DNA of 64,000 bases, taken from the NCBI GenBank assembly GCA_013239625.1, contig MU053810.1, forward strand, positions 1,933,518 to 1,997,517. Direction: 5' to 3'. This document shows positions 24,531 to 38,710 of this stretch, one piece after another. Each line of letters begins with the position of its first letter. Within the stretch, counting starts at the first letter, position 1. Origin of the DNA: Lama guanicoe. Its lineage: Eukaryota. The notes beneath the pieces were generated by a model. The model was given only the letters and a program-made list of their open reading frames with translations. It searched no databases and was not told where the DNA came from. The translations under genes and the position numbers were made by a program.

Positions 24531-26594
24531 GTTAGAGTTTCCAGCCCCTACTCGGTGGACAGAGCTTGTCTTGGGGACAAAAATGAGGTCCAGTGTGCAT
24601 TTCTGCCCTTCAGCTTTATTTTTGGTGATGGTACCCAAAAGGCTTACTGCTCTTATGCTATTTGGGGTTCCCTCACTTTAAACACCTACGTGGGCCAGCA
24701 GTCCAAATAATATTTGGGGTTTAGACTCCTATTAACACAGCTTTGGTTTTTTTTTTTTTAAACCTCTGAGATAGAAGTCTCCCAGTAGAAAAACAAATAA
24801 AATAACATCAAAGATGTTTTAAACTGCAAAGTCGCAAGAGGCATTTTAGAAAGTATAAGGCTGAGATCTTGGATGTCAGAGTAACCGTAATTTTGTCAGT
24901 CCCACAAAGCAGAAACATAAGAAATATTAAGTAATAGAACCTAATTAAGAGTTAAAATAACTGGAAAAAAATTGAAATGTACTTAGGATTGTGTTAAGTA
25001 AATGAATCAGCCAGAGAGTAATAGTTAGAAGAATTCAGAGGAAAGGGCAATCGTTTCAATCTGGGGATGGTGGGTACCACTTGGTGACCTTCCAGCATCT
25101 TTCCAAGTCTCACTGCTAGCTTTTTGAAGAATACCAAGAATACAAGAGAATCCCAGGAAGTGAAGGTGAGATGCAACCCACCCTCTATTTTGCTTCCTGT
25201 TCTCAAAGAACTTCAGACAAACTGGATATGTCAGCCCCATAATTGAGTCCAGGTCTCCATATACCAGGAGAGTCAGATGTGTGATGGGAACATCCATTCC
25301 ATTCAGGTCTAGGCAGCAAGTGACAGCAGAAGTATATTTTGTTCCCGACAGTTGGCCAGCCACACAACTCATTAAAGAATTCAGATGTCTCGTGTTTTTA
25401 TCTACAGAGTTGTGTACATGCTAGAGATGTTCACCGTTCTTATACACTCATTTTCATCTGTGTGCTAGGGAAATTGATTCAGGGAACCACTGGGCAGAAT
25501 CTGCTACAGAAATCATAGACTGTTTTGCCACTGAAGAGAAATGTCACGATGCTGAAGTCTTTGATAAGATCCAGAGCTTTGGCTTTATTACTTAATTTTT
25601 TAAGATTATATGACCATACATTTTTATGGCTCTCATTACAAGGTCGTGTTTGGCCCTTTACAGATAATAAGAATAATTCTGGCTCTGACTTTCTGGGAGG
25701 ATCTCATTACCTTTATTCCTATGCTAAAGTTGAGATTTGAACTTCTGATAGACCAGGGGAAATTTTATTGCTTTGATCTCTCAAGATCCAGCCCAAATGT
25801 CACTGCATCTTGGAGCACTTTGCACATTCTCTAACTGAATCACACCTACTTCATTGTAACTGGGTTATAGGAATAAGTGTCAGACTCCCCAGATTGGCTG
25901 TGAACACTTTGATACATAGGCTGTTCCTCTTCTCCATTGCTCCTCCATGTTGAATGAATGCTTTTGAATTGGTCACTTCTGATTTTTTGATTAAATCAGA
26001 CACGCGTGTATTCAGCCCTTCCACACCTTGAGCACACATATGACTGCAGTCAGCATAGATGAGGGAGAAGCCGAGCTGGGGATGGGCTGCTGAGGCTGGC
26101 CAGGGGCCGGGGGTAGTGTGGACGGCATTGAAATCCCCTCCGTGAAGTCACACTGGGATCAGGAAGAGCCAGTGCGACTCTTTCTGGCAGTGCATCCACG
26201 TTTGATTTTATAGTTCCCTTTCTCATCTTCAGATTTTCCAAATTTTCCTGAGGGATCATCTTTTACTTTTATAGTTGAACAAGGACCAGAAAAAGATGTA
26301 CATTCACATAAAATGAAATCAAATTTCTAAGGAACAAACCTTATCATTTGGCGACCACTGTAAAGTCCTGCCTGCCTCTGTCATATCTTTTCCACAGTCA
26401 AACTTTCGTAGGTGCCACAACCAAAACAAAGATGCAACTTTGCAAGGTGACTGTTTTGAATGGCCAACACTCACTTCTTACATGCTTCTATTAGAATAAT
26501 CATTATAATGTTTTATAATCACATAGTCTTGAAAACAATTTGGAGAAACCACCCTAGGACAACTGAAACAGTAGAAGAGTGATGCAAAGCACTA

Positions 26595-26754
26595 CTTTTT
26601 TTTTGAAGAGTGACATTTATTTAGGCTTTTTTTGAGAGGGTGAAGTAATTAAGTTTATTTATTTCTTAATTTTTAGAGGAGGTACTGGGGATTGAACACA
26701 GGACCTCATGCATGCTAAGCATGCACCCTACCACTCGAGTTATATCCTCCTCTC
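26595..26754 (-). mobile_element. tRNA-derived SINE, camelid Vic-1-like
   Basis: Antisense head gaggtactggggattgaacacaggacctcatgcatgctaagcatgcaccctaccactcgagttatatcctcc, a poly-T at the left end, and exact 12-bp TSD tgcaaagcacta at 26583-26594 and 26755-26766. Confidence 0.92.
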
Positions 26755-29700
26755 TGCAAAGCACTATTTAATTAAAAGTGTTAAGTTGATTGGTGATGGC
26801 AGTACTTGTTAAAGAAGTTGAGATTTCAAGACAAATCATAGGGGGATTTATGATCTCCTCCTTTGGGGTTTCTTGGCATTTCTACAGGTGTCTGAATGGG
26901 AATCAAAGCCTCCTGGACACACCTCCTTGGATTTGGAGCTAAACAGGGAACTGCCCAAGAGCGCTCACACACATTCCTTCTATCAGCGTGTGGCTATTAA
27001 ACTTGTGATATAAACAAGACGGGGTGGGAGGGAGTTACTTAGCTTGTTTGTTACCTAGGAAGACCACCAGTTTAGCTCCTTGCCAAAATCAGGGGTGACT
27101 CCCTTGTCTGAGCTAGATACGGTTTTAAGATGGACATTTTAGCTACCAGACACAGAGAGCCAAAGTCATTCTCTACCATCCCTTTACTCTTTGCCCAACC
27201 AATGCTATGCAACACACAAATATTACACAGACTGCCCCATGGGCCACAGCCAAGGGCACCTTCATTCCAAAGTCACCATGGTAGAACTTGTGAGGTGGCA
27301 CAGCTCGCTGGTGGTGGAGACTAAGACACCCACTGGGAGTTGTTTGCCTCCCTTCGCCAAAAGGTGGGGGAATGACCAGGTGATCACCAAAATAGAAGCC
27401 TCTTTTGTTACTTCCACGGGACAGAAATGTTGAGTGAGGATAATATTCAATCATATTACATGATTTCAATGGCAGAACCCTATTCTGCCATATTTACTAA
27501 CAGCAACATCACCTGTTCTGGACACAAGGATTTTTCTGCCAGATTCTCGGTATTATGTGTTTCACTGTTTGCAATACATATGTAACTGTATTCTAGGGAA
27601 GTTGCATCTTGGTGATAAGTGACAAGCAAGAGCCACAATTTGTTGATCCTTTTTGTTTCCATGGAGAAAGGGAAAGAAATCATCTGAAGAGTGTTGGAGA
27701 GATTCAAACTCATTGAAGGCAATTTTACTAAGAGTTCTCTGGGTTCCTACTCCATCCCCATAGAGACAGATTTCAAAGGCATATAAGTAGCAATTTACAT
27801 TGGGCGGTCACTTTATGTTCCTGCATTCTTAGCCTTTCTCAGAGTTCTGTAATTTTCATCCTGTCCACACACCTCAACTTGCATGTATAAAGTTAGCTAC
27901 TCTCAAGAACACAGTATCATCTCCTTCAGGAAATAGTTCACCAACCCACTGACTATTGTGTCATCCTTTTCAACTTTAAGATCTTCCCTTCCTTAAAATT
28001 GAGGAATATTTCCCTTACCTCTCTTTTTCAATGGTATTCCCTTAATAGATGAAAACATAAATTGATTCATAACAACCTAAATCTTTTCAAAAGGGGAAAG
28101 TATGCTTTCAAAATTTTATCCCAAAATAAAGAAGAGGAAAAGGTAAATGTACTGTGGACTGAGAAAACAGAGAAAGATTTCATGAAAGAAGTCAATTTTG
28201 AGATAAGCCATTTAAGAAGAATTCAGATAAGTGGTTAAGATCAGTGGTTAAAATTATTGTTCAAATGACAACAGGTTGAATTTCCATGCCAGAAGCCAGC
28301 TACTCCATAATGAGTTAGATCCAAATACATGCTTACCATTCTACACTGGCCTTTGAAAAATAGCAATGAACTTAAAAATAATACTGACTTTCTGGAAAGG
28401 AAGAAAGAAAGAGATGCTACACTTGTTAAACCTGCAATCTAAAGTTTATACATGCATGACTACCAAAAGATTTTCCCATCACATACTAATCCGGTAAATG
28501 TTAAATCACTACATACTTGCCATAGTATGACTTTATGATGTTACTAGCTGCTTATTCATTCAGTTGCTTAGAAACAACAGATTTATTCTAGCTTATAATT
28601 TCAGCATTAGCCATTTTGAGCTTATTAATTTTAGAATTGTGCTCACTCCCCCAAGAGTTACTGCCTACCATCCAGTGTATTTGTAAAAAATTCTTTTACT
28701 GTAACTCCCCAGTTGCTGACCAAGGTCAGATTCTAAACACTATTTAGCTTTTTCACTCAGCTTCCAGTAACTAGGCTCTCTCACTGTGCAATTTAATTTC
28801 ATCTTCTATTTAGAATACGTTTTCTCTCTTGACGTTTGAGTCTGGTTAATAGCTGATGCATTTAAATAAAGTCTTCCAAAGGTGAAAAAATTTATCATTT
28901 TGTAATGACTGTCTGTGTTCTAATTCTTTTACAAAGAATGCTAAAAGTGTTTCAATATTACCACCGTTTTTAAACAGACTTTAAAACTCATTGAACTATT
29001 TGTGTGATACAAGTTGCAAGTTCAGATTCACCAAAGCTAAGCCAGCACTAACAAAACTAAAGAGAAGAAATAATCAATTATCCGCTGAAATCAACCAGTG
29101 TGGCTTGACTAAGATAAAAATCTTGGTATGTAAATTGTTAGGGACTATTACACGTTGCCTTCAATTGTCACGAGGACAAACTTTATCTCCCAGCAAGTTC
29201 AAGTTCATGAGTATTAGGGCTACATCCCACATCTTTTATAAAGTCCTTTGACAAGAGAGCTACTTAGCAAATACTTATTGAATTAAACAGAACCGATCAA
29301 ACTCAATTTGCTGTTACTGATAACAGTAGATTTGGAAAAATGTAATTTCAACTTAGAAGAAAACCCCACCGATTTCCCCTACCACTCCCCATCCCTCCCC
29401 CAGACCCCACTCTTAGTGCCATGACAGCAATTTTACTCCTGGAATTTACTGACTGACAAAATTCTATGCATACATTCAGCAAGCTCTTGCTGAGACACAG
29501 AAACCGCCCCACCACCCCCTTTGGTGAAGCCACACCAAAAACCTGTCCAGATAATCTTAGGAGCATGTTTTTAGGATGGATCCATAGAAGATCATAAATT
29601 AGGATTTCCAAGGTATCTTTCAACTATGTTGGGGAAATATTTGAAAACTTGGAGAAGCAGGGGAACAGGATGTGTGATGAGGGGATAAAGTATTAAAGAA

Positions 29701-30699
29701 ATAGAAAATTATAAAAGCAATAGAAAGAATCGACCCAGGCTTTGCCAACTGCTGACAATTCTCCAAACTCCCAGGAGAACTTTGCTGACATGCACTTTTT
29801 TTAGGTCTGCCCGTGTCCTTTGCTGTGGTTTTCTGGGTCTCCCCATGCACTCTTTTGTATTTTTATCTCCTCTAAAGACTTGCTCTTGCTCACAGTAAAA
29901 ATGGCTGTCTTTTTCTCTGACTATTTAAATATTACACATTCATTATACAAAACTCACACTGTATATTCAAGTATTTGGAAAAAATAAATAAATTTGCCTG
30001 AATTTCTACCTCTCTGATATAACTCGGTACCATGGTAGCTGTGTGCTCACTGATCACTTGGATTTGTTCTTCTGTGGATTATTTATTCACAACTTTTGAC
30101 CATTTTTATTGTCTTTTCCTTACCAGGTTGTACACACTATTTGTGCAGTACTAACATGGACCGTCTTTGTCGGCTGTATGGCAAATATTTGCAGTAGTTT
30201 TGTAATCTTAAAGTTTTTATACTTGGAGTCTTTGTAAATACTTAATGTGTTTGGAATTTTTGCTAGATAGAAGCCTTTATACACAGAGAGTCCTAATGCA
30301 TCTGTTCTTTCTTTTGGAGCTTCTGGGCTTCCTGCTGCAGGGAGATGGGCTTTCTGAAACACTGCTGAGCTGGAGGCACCTGAGTGTCGTTATGTTTCCT
30401 GCAGGAACTAAGAACACTCAAAATTCACTGAGTTTCCTGGATGTGTTAAGGTCTGTTGCTCCTGAAGGGTGATGTAAACCTGTGTCTAAAGTGGCAGGGA
30501 CATCACAAAACCTGGGCTATGTCTACTGGCAGGCTCTCACCTCCACGGAATGCGTCACCAGCAACTGCACACACCCCAGGGCAAGGGGAAAAGAGCACAA
30601 AGACATGCCCATCAGCATTTGTTCTGTAAAGCCACCTCACTTCCACTCCCTTTTGTGTTTCTGTCTCACTAGACCAGAACCCACCTGGCTGCTCACCCT

Positions 30700-31000
30700 C
30701 TCCACCTGGACGTCTCCTAGGTGGCTGTAACTTAAATGGCCCCCCAGAACAAACTCTCAACTTCCACATCCCCCTAAACTTGCTTCGTCCTCCAGTCTTC
30801 TTTATCTTAATAACTGCCAATTTTATTCAGTCTGTTCCTCTGATCAAAAACCTGGAAGCCACCCTTGACTCATTTATCTCAGACCTCATAGCCAAACCAT
30901 GGGCACACCTTGCTGGCCCGTCCCTCAAAACAGATTTCACATCTTACCTCTTCCCGCCCCACCACTATTGCCACCCTCGTGGTGGAATTGGCTAGGCTTC
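30700..31000 (+). mobile_element. L2 fragment
   Basis: ctccacctggacgtctcctaggtggc...ctcaacttccacatccc...aaaaacctggaagccacccttgactc. Confidence 0.65.
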
Positions 31001-32624
31001 TTCAAGAACTACATGCCTTTGCTCTTAATCATCATGAAATGCCACCTTCATAAACACACACACAATACCTACATTTTATTTGAAATAATCACAGGGAGGA
31101 TCTTCTCAAGATTATATTCCTTCCCACAGCTATTAAATATGACAGAGACAGACCCTAGCAGAGGATGAAACTCACACCCAATAAGGAAATACCTTTTCCC
31201 TTTCTATTACTTTTAATATGGGATGTGTCTATGTAGAAAGCGTGTAAAAAATAGCTTTCTATTTCAAAGAGCCTTTTCCCTAGAAATAAGAAGATGCTAC
31301 TTGAGGTGAAGATATAGATATAGATCATAAATTGAGGTTTGCATGTCCTTCATTGAGCCTTAAGTTCATTTTGAGACGTTTAAGCAGAGCACTTAGAAGA
31401 CTTTTCTCCTCTCCTATGTACATGATCTGTGGTACACGTGAAAATGCATTATTTCTGCCTATCGTTTTCGTTACAGCTACTAGCTTTATCAGCAGCCATA
31501 AATAATCTAACCATCTGAAATAACTGGGTCTCATGAAGTATTTTTACTTTTACTGTTTATTTGTACAGATACTGTTTCTATAGGTAACATTTTTTAATAG
31601 ACTATAGATTTTTTGGTTAACCTGCCAAAACTATTTTCTCCTTTTTATTTCTCTATGTCATGATAAAGTAGAATATCAAGAAAAGACAGACTTGACTGAT
31701 ATAACCAAGAAGTTACCTAACTTAAGAAAAAAAACGTAGCAGAGCTCAGTAGAATGCCATCACCAAGTTCTAGTAATGAAGGGCCTGGCCCAGTAGACCC
31801 CTTGAAGACAACGAATTAGATGAGGAGCTTCTGAGAATGATTCTGAACTTCAGGGAACATTGTATCTCACAGGGTTCCAGTGACTTTGATTGACTATGGG
31901 AATATCTTACCATCATGCACTCTGATATCCAAGCACACTACTTTCATTATTTTCTGAAGTAGAAAACACTTTTGTAAATACCCCAAATGGAATATAATTA
32001 TTCTCTTTTGTTTATTTGAGTGGTAAATGACAGCACCTAAAAATCATAAAATTAAAACAGCGAGCCATTTCTTTTATGTGTATTCCTATCTAAATGAAAT
32101 CTACCGTACCTCAGGGTCTATGTTCAATCTGGTATTTTTATTCAAGCTTCATCTACAGCTAATTCTCTGTGCTTCAACAGTCAGATTCTGAAAGCATTTT
32201 TTTTTCAATTTCAATTCTATTTTACATACGTAGAAGCATTTGCTAGAAGGAAAGAGGAAGAATGTCAAAGAGTTTTTCATTTGTGCTTTTCACTTACTAT
32301 TTGATTTTTCATAAGTAAGCCTCAAAAGAGTTTCTTTTCCTATTGAACATCTCTCACTTCTGTGAGTCTTCCCTCTAAACAGTAAACAGGGGTAGAATGT
32401 ACCAAGTAACCTAGCAACCATCCAAATTCCATCCACATTCCTGCCTGTGCTCACAGGAAAGGACCATTCAACCCAGGAACAGACAAGAAAGAGAGATGAA
32501 ATCTTTGTGACAAAGCTGGAGAATTAGCTGTGAGTAAAGCATTTTGCAACAACATGGCTTTGCTTTCTACAAGCACGCTGGGGTTTGGTTTTGTTCTGTT
32601 TTGGTTTTTTGGTATAAAGGACCA

Positions 32625-33110
32625 AGATTCTGGTTCAAGTACCTAAGAACAAAAGGGTTGTCATTTACTGAAGGGAGGGCAAATTTAAGGAACAGAGGGA
32701 ATTAAAAGTTCAGTTTCCTGCATGTTGAGTTCAAGACACGTTAAGAGGTATTTCCTGCAGGAAGAGGATTGTAGTAGGCAGACAATGATCAGACAAGGAG
32801 ACAGACAGGTGGAGAAGAGGTAAAGTGACTGAGGTGTAAGGTGCGCCAACACTCGGAGAGTGAGCGAGGAAAGACTGGCTAAGGAGATGGAGAAGAGGTC
32901 CACGGAGGCAGGGACATCCTAAAAGCCAAGTGAATTAAGTGTAAAAAGGAGACAGTGATGAACCAGATCGCATTCTGCTAGTAGGCAGGCAAGATGACCA
33001 CAAAATGATTATTGGTCCTGGCATCATGGATGTCCCTGGGGACACTGAGAAGTGTTAGTTCAGAGCAGTGATGGGGACAAAAGCCTGATGGGAGTGTCTT
33101 CTCGGGAGAC
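32625..33110 (-). mobile_element. L2 fragment
   Basis: aaagttcagtttcctgcatgttgagttcaag...aagccaagtgaa...gtgttagttcagagcagtgatggggacaaaagcctgatgggagtg. Confidence 0.72.
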
Positions 33111-34488
33111 TGGAAGTGGGAAGAGACCCCTTTCCTCTTCCTGTGATTGGAGGGGATGGTAATGAACAGAATGGAGAGCCGCAATCTCAATCTTGCACTG
33201 CCTTTAGCTTTGTGATTTGGGCAAAACATTTAAAATTAAAATGCTTAACTATATGACACTGATCTTTCATTAGAACATTTTTCTACTCTATAATCCCTCA
33301 ACTTAAATATGCTTTTCCAGTTTTGACTTTATTTTATATCTAAATTTGCCTGTTTTGATCTCTCTCTCCCTCCCTGCCTTCCTTTCTCACTCCCTCTTCC
33401 TGTTTCAGTAGCCAAGTAAAAGAGGAAACCCATCATTAATATTAGTAAGTCTATCAGGAAATATGAGCTAATATTATGAACCAAAAAGATATATGAAAAA
33501 TGATCAATTTTTAACTTTTGAAATGGAAACAATCATGTAATTTCTATTCAGGATATTTTCTACAATATTGTAAAAATAAACAGCCTTCCTTGCATTTAAC
33601 ATTATTTACCATTGTTATCTTTTTAAAATATACTTATTTATTTTGTGAGTAGGAAGGCAGATAACACTTTTTTAATCAAACACATGCCTGTTTTATTGGA
33701 TGGTTTGAATGGCATTTACTGAATAATTTTATATTCATGAAGGGATTTGAGCTCCTCAGGAAATCTGTTAAAACATGAATCAACAAAGAATTAGCTATGA
33801 CTTAAATTTGTTCTCAGATTGAGTGAAATTTCTCCTTGTGATTGAGGAATAAGTATTAAACAGAGATAATCTCAGATTAAGATGAGTCATGATGCTAGCT
33901 TTTATGTCCTCCTTCCCCTGGAAAAAAAAATCCATGGAAACCCTTTGTAGAACCTTCAAATTCTTAAAAGCCAGGCCAAAATTGATCCAAAATAGATCTT
34001 AAAAATCCAGGAAGGACTCCTTCTAAGGTTCCAATGCATCCTGGGAGACGGAGCCAGGAGGTTAGGAAGGAGGCTGCCCTCTGGCCTCTGTGAATCCTTG
34101 TCTTGGAGCAGATGCCACCTGAGCCGCAGACAATAGGATCTCAACAGGCTCCAGCCAGAGTTGCTGCTGGGGTTCTGAGCCAAGGGCAGGGATGATGGGC
34201 AAGATCTCACCTCCCCATCAGCCTCAGAGTCTGGGAACCACAGAGACCCAATCACCTGGGCATAGCATCTGGCATCTCTTCCAACCAGTGCTCTTTAATA
34301 TGTACTCAGCTTTCCTTTAGACAAGATATGGAACATCCTTTCTCCTTAACCTCCCTAAACAATTTAGCTCTGACCACAGACTTAACACCTCACCTTGTAA
34401 AGCAGAAACTCTGAAATTATGGCCCCACCCTCCTTGAGAAGTTACTTTAGGAATGCCTCTCTAACTAAAGCATGCCTCTCTCATTTCC

Positions 34489-34811
34489 TTTTTTTTTTTA
34501 ATTAGTAGACTTTTATAGATTTTAGGTTTGCCAAAAAAATGGAGCAAAGGCACAGAGTTTCATACATCTCCTCTCTGTCTCCCACCTCCCATAGTTCTCC
34601 TATTACTAACATCTCACACGGCTGTGGGACATCTGTTATGACTGATAAGCCAATAGTAGTATATGATTGCTAACTAAGGGCCGTAGTTTACATTACATCA
34701 CATAGTTTACAGCAACTCTTTGTTGCACAATTCAGTGGGTTTTGACAAATGTATAACTCCATGTATCCATCATACAGTATCATACAGAATGATTTAACAA
34801 TCCTAAAAAAT
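34489..34811 (-). mobile_element. L1MC-like 3' end
   Basis: Poly-T, then agattttaggttt..aaaatggagcaaaggcacagagtttc..ctattactaacatc..gggttttgacaaatgtataa..cagtatcatacagaat..cctaaaaaat. Confidence 0.8.
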
Positions 34812-35584
34812 GAATAGCCCTTCCTTTTCCCTTTGAAGTAGCTTATCCAAGTATCCCTTATGAGAGTCATCCATCTCATCACATCTTCAGTGATGTGTCA
34901 TTACCTAGGAGGTGTTTTAACATCCCTTATAGGGAGCCAACTGCCTGACTGGTCCACAGTCATCAGACACTTACGACATGGATGGTAAAATTGCCAGTTT
35001 CTATTTCAGTCTTACTGAGATAGAATTTCAAAAATTACAACCAGCAAGTGAGAAGGTGACTACATAGATCTAGTCTTCGTGCCGAAGTTCAAGCAGGGGC
35101 AAAAATCATGAAGTACAATATCCATGAAGAGCTCCCAACATGCTAGATTCACAGAAACACTGAACAAGACAAGACAAGAGGCAATACCATCATTAAGGCG
35201 AGGTTAAGTTACAAGTCAAATTCTGGTTTCTTTTCATCAAATTCTCTAGAAGGAGAGTGGGTTTCTTCTGAAGCAAGTTCAAGTTTCCTTTCTTTGTAAG
35301 GAGGCTTAACTTCCAGTCATTCGCTACAATTGTATTCAGGACAGGAGTTTTCTTGTTAGAAGATGTGCAGCTCTACATATAAAGGAAAGGCAGCTGGACC
35401 AGTTGTTCGAAGTACACGAAGAGGTCCCCCAAATTACCTGCACCCGGGACACTCTGTGTCGCATTTTGAGTATCAGGCTTATAGGAAAACTTAGGAAGAA
35501 AGTGTGAGTTGAAACATTTGGGCTGGGGATAATAAAATAAAACTCAAGCTTTCCAGATCGATTCAAAATGAACACCATGGAGGA

Positions 35585-35735
35585 GAGACAGTGCAGTGAA
35601 GTGGGAAAAGATGTTACTTGGAATCAGAGCTAACTTCAAATCCCACCCCAGCCTCTCAGTAGCTGCGTGACCTTGCCTAGCTTAACTGACTCTTCGGACC
35701 TCCAGAGTCCTTCATCTATAAAATGAAGAAAATTA
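35585..35735 (+). mobile_element. MIR SINE
   Basis: ttggaatcagag..ttcaaatccca..agtagctgcgtgaccttg..ttcatctataaaatgaag. Confidence 0.72.
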
Positions 35736-36686
35736 TTATTTTGGTAATTACGTTAGATCAGCATCATAGAGTCTCAGTGAGTTAGGACAAAAATGTGACC
35801 CACTCTCTCTTTTTGTACCTTGTAGCCTGTGAAGTAAGTTTATATTTTTTGATTGAAGTCCTTTTCTTTCTATAGAAAAACTTCATCACTGTATTATCTG
35901 TTTCATAGCACAGTATGCTTTGTGTTGGCTGAGTGTGCGTTGTGGCTTGATGAAAAATGTCTTCCCATTTTTAATTTGATTGAATTATTCTATTACTGTG
36001 AATAGACCGTCTGCAGAGAAATAACAATTTGTCTCCCATTAGCAGAAATGAGTTTCACATCACAAACTTGAATTATCTGTAGAACTTCTTTTCAAGAATG
36101 GCCTTTAAAAAATTGATGATGATGATAACATGGGTACAGCAACTTTTTCCAAGCCAGCAAATGGAGGATTTAGAATATAGATGATTATCCTTTCGGAGAA
36201 AAAGCAAACAGCAAATTCCCATTTTAACCAAGCTTGTCTTTCTTTAGCGAAGTAGGCTGGGAGCTTACCCTCACACCAAGGCAGCCCCAAAGAACAATGT
36301 GCTGCGTGACAAAGAAGTCTCCCCAAAGTACAGATAAGGACAGGCACCATCCTTTGGGGGTCAATTTTTTTATTACTAGTTTTTTAACCCCTTGGTCGTC
36401 ATTGGAATTATAGGTGAACTTTAATTCCCCACATCTACAGTGATGTTTAGGAAGAGATTAGGAGTTCCAAGAGAACTTTCAGATAAGACAAAATGTTTTC
36501 CTCAAGTAGTAATGAAGGTTTTACATAAACCAAGAAAAACAAAGACAGTTAAGTTTCAAACCCAGTGAAACTCATTTTTAACAATTCATTTGACTTAATC
36601 ATAACACATGTTAACATTATTTCACACTCTGTTTTTAATTTCATCACAGTATTGTTTGTCATTAATTTGTTATTTATGGAAGTCCA

Positions 36687-37565
36687 TGTAGGAAACCCCT
36701 AGTCTGCCTGTGTTTCGCCTTTATTCTCACATTACCACCATCACAGCAATGTCTGACCCCAATGCCAGGGCTTTCCCACTCCAGCACCAAGCAATTCTGC
36801 AGCACCAGCTGGGTGTCCTACAGTGCACCTCAGTTTTGACACCATCTGCCTGGAGAGAGTGTCAGACCTCACAGGTGACGAGCTCAGACCCAAGGGACTC
36901 CATCAACTGCAGATGCTAATTACAAGCAGTAGGTCCCCAGGTCCCACAACTTATGTCTCACTTGGCGACAGATCGAAGTTCCTATGACCTCCTTCCCCTT
37001 GGATTCGATTATTTGCTAGAAGAGTTCGCAGAACGCCCAGAAAAGAAACATAAGAAAGCTTAGGTTTACCGATTTACCAAAGGATATAGATAAACAGCCA
37101 GATGAAGAGAGACACTGGGTGAGGTCTTAGAGGGTCCTGAGCACAGGAGTCGGGGTCCCTGTGGAATTGGGGTGCATCACCCTCCCGGGATATAGATGTG
37201 GTCACCGACCTGGGAGCTCCTTGAGCCCCGTGCTGTTGGGATTTTTATGGAAGCTTTATCACATAGGCATGATGGATTATTAATTCAATTTCCAGCTCCT
37301 CTTCTCTCTCTGGAGAATGGGAAGGTGAGGCTGAAACTTCCAACTTTCCAATCATGGCACAGTCTTTCCAGGAGCCCTCCTGAAGTTGCCTCATTAGAAC
37401 AAAAGTCACTCCTAACACCCAGGAAATTCCAAGGGATTTAGAGATCAAAGACCAAATATTAGAACCACAGGCATGCTAGTCACTGATGAATTTGCCAGGG
37501 TTTCAGAAGCCCTGTGTAGGAACCAGGAGCAGAGACCAATAATATGTATTTCTAATTATCTCACA
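36687..37565 (-). mobile_element. ERV solo LTR, MER21-like (~880 bp)
   Basis: Hallmark antisense MER21 motifs (accaagcaattctgcagcaccagctgggtgtcctac; ttgacaccatctgcctggagagagtgtcagacctcacagg; aaacagccagatgaagagag; caggaaattccaagggatttagag). TG...CA ends. Confidence 0.87.
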
Positions 37566-37744
37566 ATCCCAAATCAAACATTCTTCTGTACATGGACAAA
37601 TATTACCTTCAAATTAGCACATCACCAGAGTCTGCCCACAAGTACGGTGAATCAATTATCTATGTTTTAAAAATGGTTACTCTTATGTTTCTAACTTTAA
37701 TATATTCTAATTAAAAACTATTAGGAATAGAAATATGAGAACTG

Positions 37745-38710
37745 AAATTTCTGAGGATGCAGCAGTGAACAAAACTGAAAAGTTCTGTTCTCAGGGGTCT
37801 TAGATTCTAGTAGAATCTAGAGAAAAAAATTAACACAAGTATAAACCATATTTCAGGGGATGGAAAGTTCTGATGGAAAGAAAGGAAGGAGAGAAAAAGG
37901 GATGGGATGTGCAGTTTTAGATCAAACGCAGGGGAAAGCTCCATGAGGAAGAGATCTTTGCAAGAAGTCTGAATGAAGTGAAGAAATGAGTCACAGGCAT
38001 AGGTGAGGGACAAGCATCACAGGCAGAGGGAACAGCAAGAACCGAGATGCTGAGGTGGGAATGTGCATGGGGTCTTCTATGACCATCTGATAGGCCAATG
38101 TCGCTTGGCCAAAGTGAGCAAGGGAAGAATGATGATGGGTGTTATGATCCATGGTAAAGAGTTCTGATTTCACTCTGATTGAGATGGAGAGTCTTGGAGG
38201 AGTTCAAGCAGGCCGTGACTTGCTCTCTGACTTTGAGTTGAAAAGGCTGATTTTGCTGCTATGTGAAGAAGGGACCACAGGGAAGCCAGAAGGAGGCCAG
38301 GGAAATTGGTGGAGGTTTTGGTAATGGCACTGGGATGGATGCTGATGGCTGGGACAGGGTGATGGCAGTGAAGATGGTTAGAAAGGTCAGACTGGGCAGA
38401 GGGTTATGAGAGTCAAAGATGACCCCAATTCTTGGACCAGAACAATTAGGAAAATGGTGCTGCCATTTACCAAAATGAGGGATGTGGAGAAGGAACCTGT
38501 TTATGCGATGGGGAATCCAGGCTTCAGTTTGGGACTTGCCACATTGGTCTGTCTTATTAAACATTTGAGTGGAATGTCAGGTTGTCACTTAGATACACAC
38601 ATTAGATGTTTAAAGGAGCTGTCATATTTTGATTTTTATAATTTGGGGCCATCAGCATATTGGCAGAATTTGAAGCCATGTGACTATTTATAACCACCCA
38701 GGAAGTGAGT
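37745..38710 (-). mobile_element. L2 (~1 kb including 3' region)
   Basis: gaggatgcagcagtgaacaaaac...caggcagagggaacagcaag...gagagtcaaagatgacccc...ggtgctgccatttaccaaaatgaggg. Confidence 0.85.

Noticed and set aside
31754..31893. Protein-looking stretch (PLEDNELDEELLRMILNFREHC...)
   Set aside because: Short, needs a frameshift to join the upstream ATG, has no convincing splice sites and no recognised homologue.
35009..35060. Possible micro-exon after tttctatttcag (LTEIEFQKLQPASEK)
   Set aside because: Weak donor, no partner exons and an unrecognised peptide.
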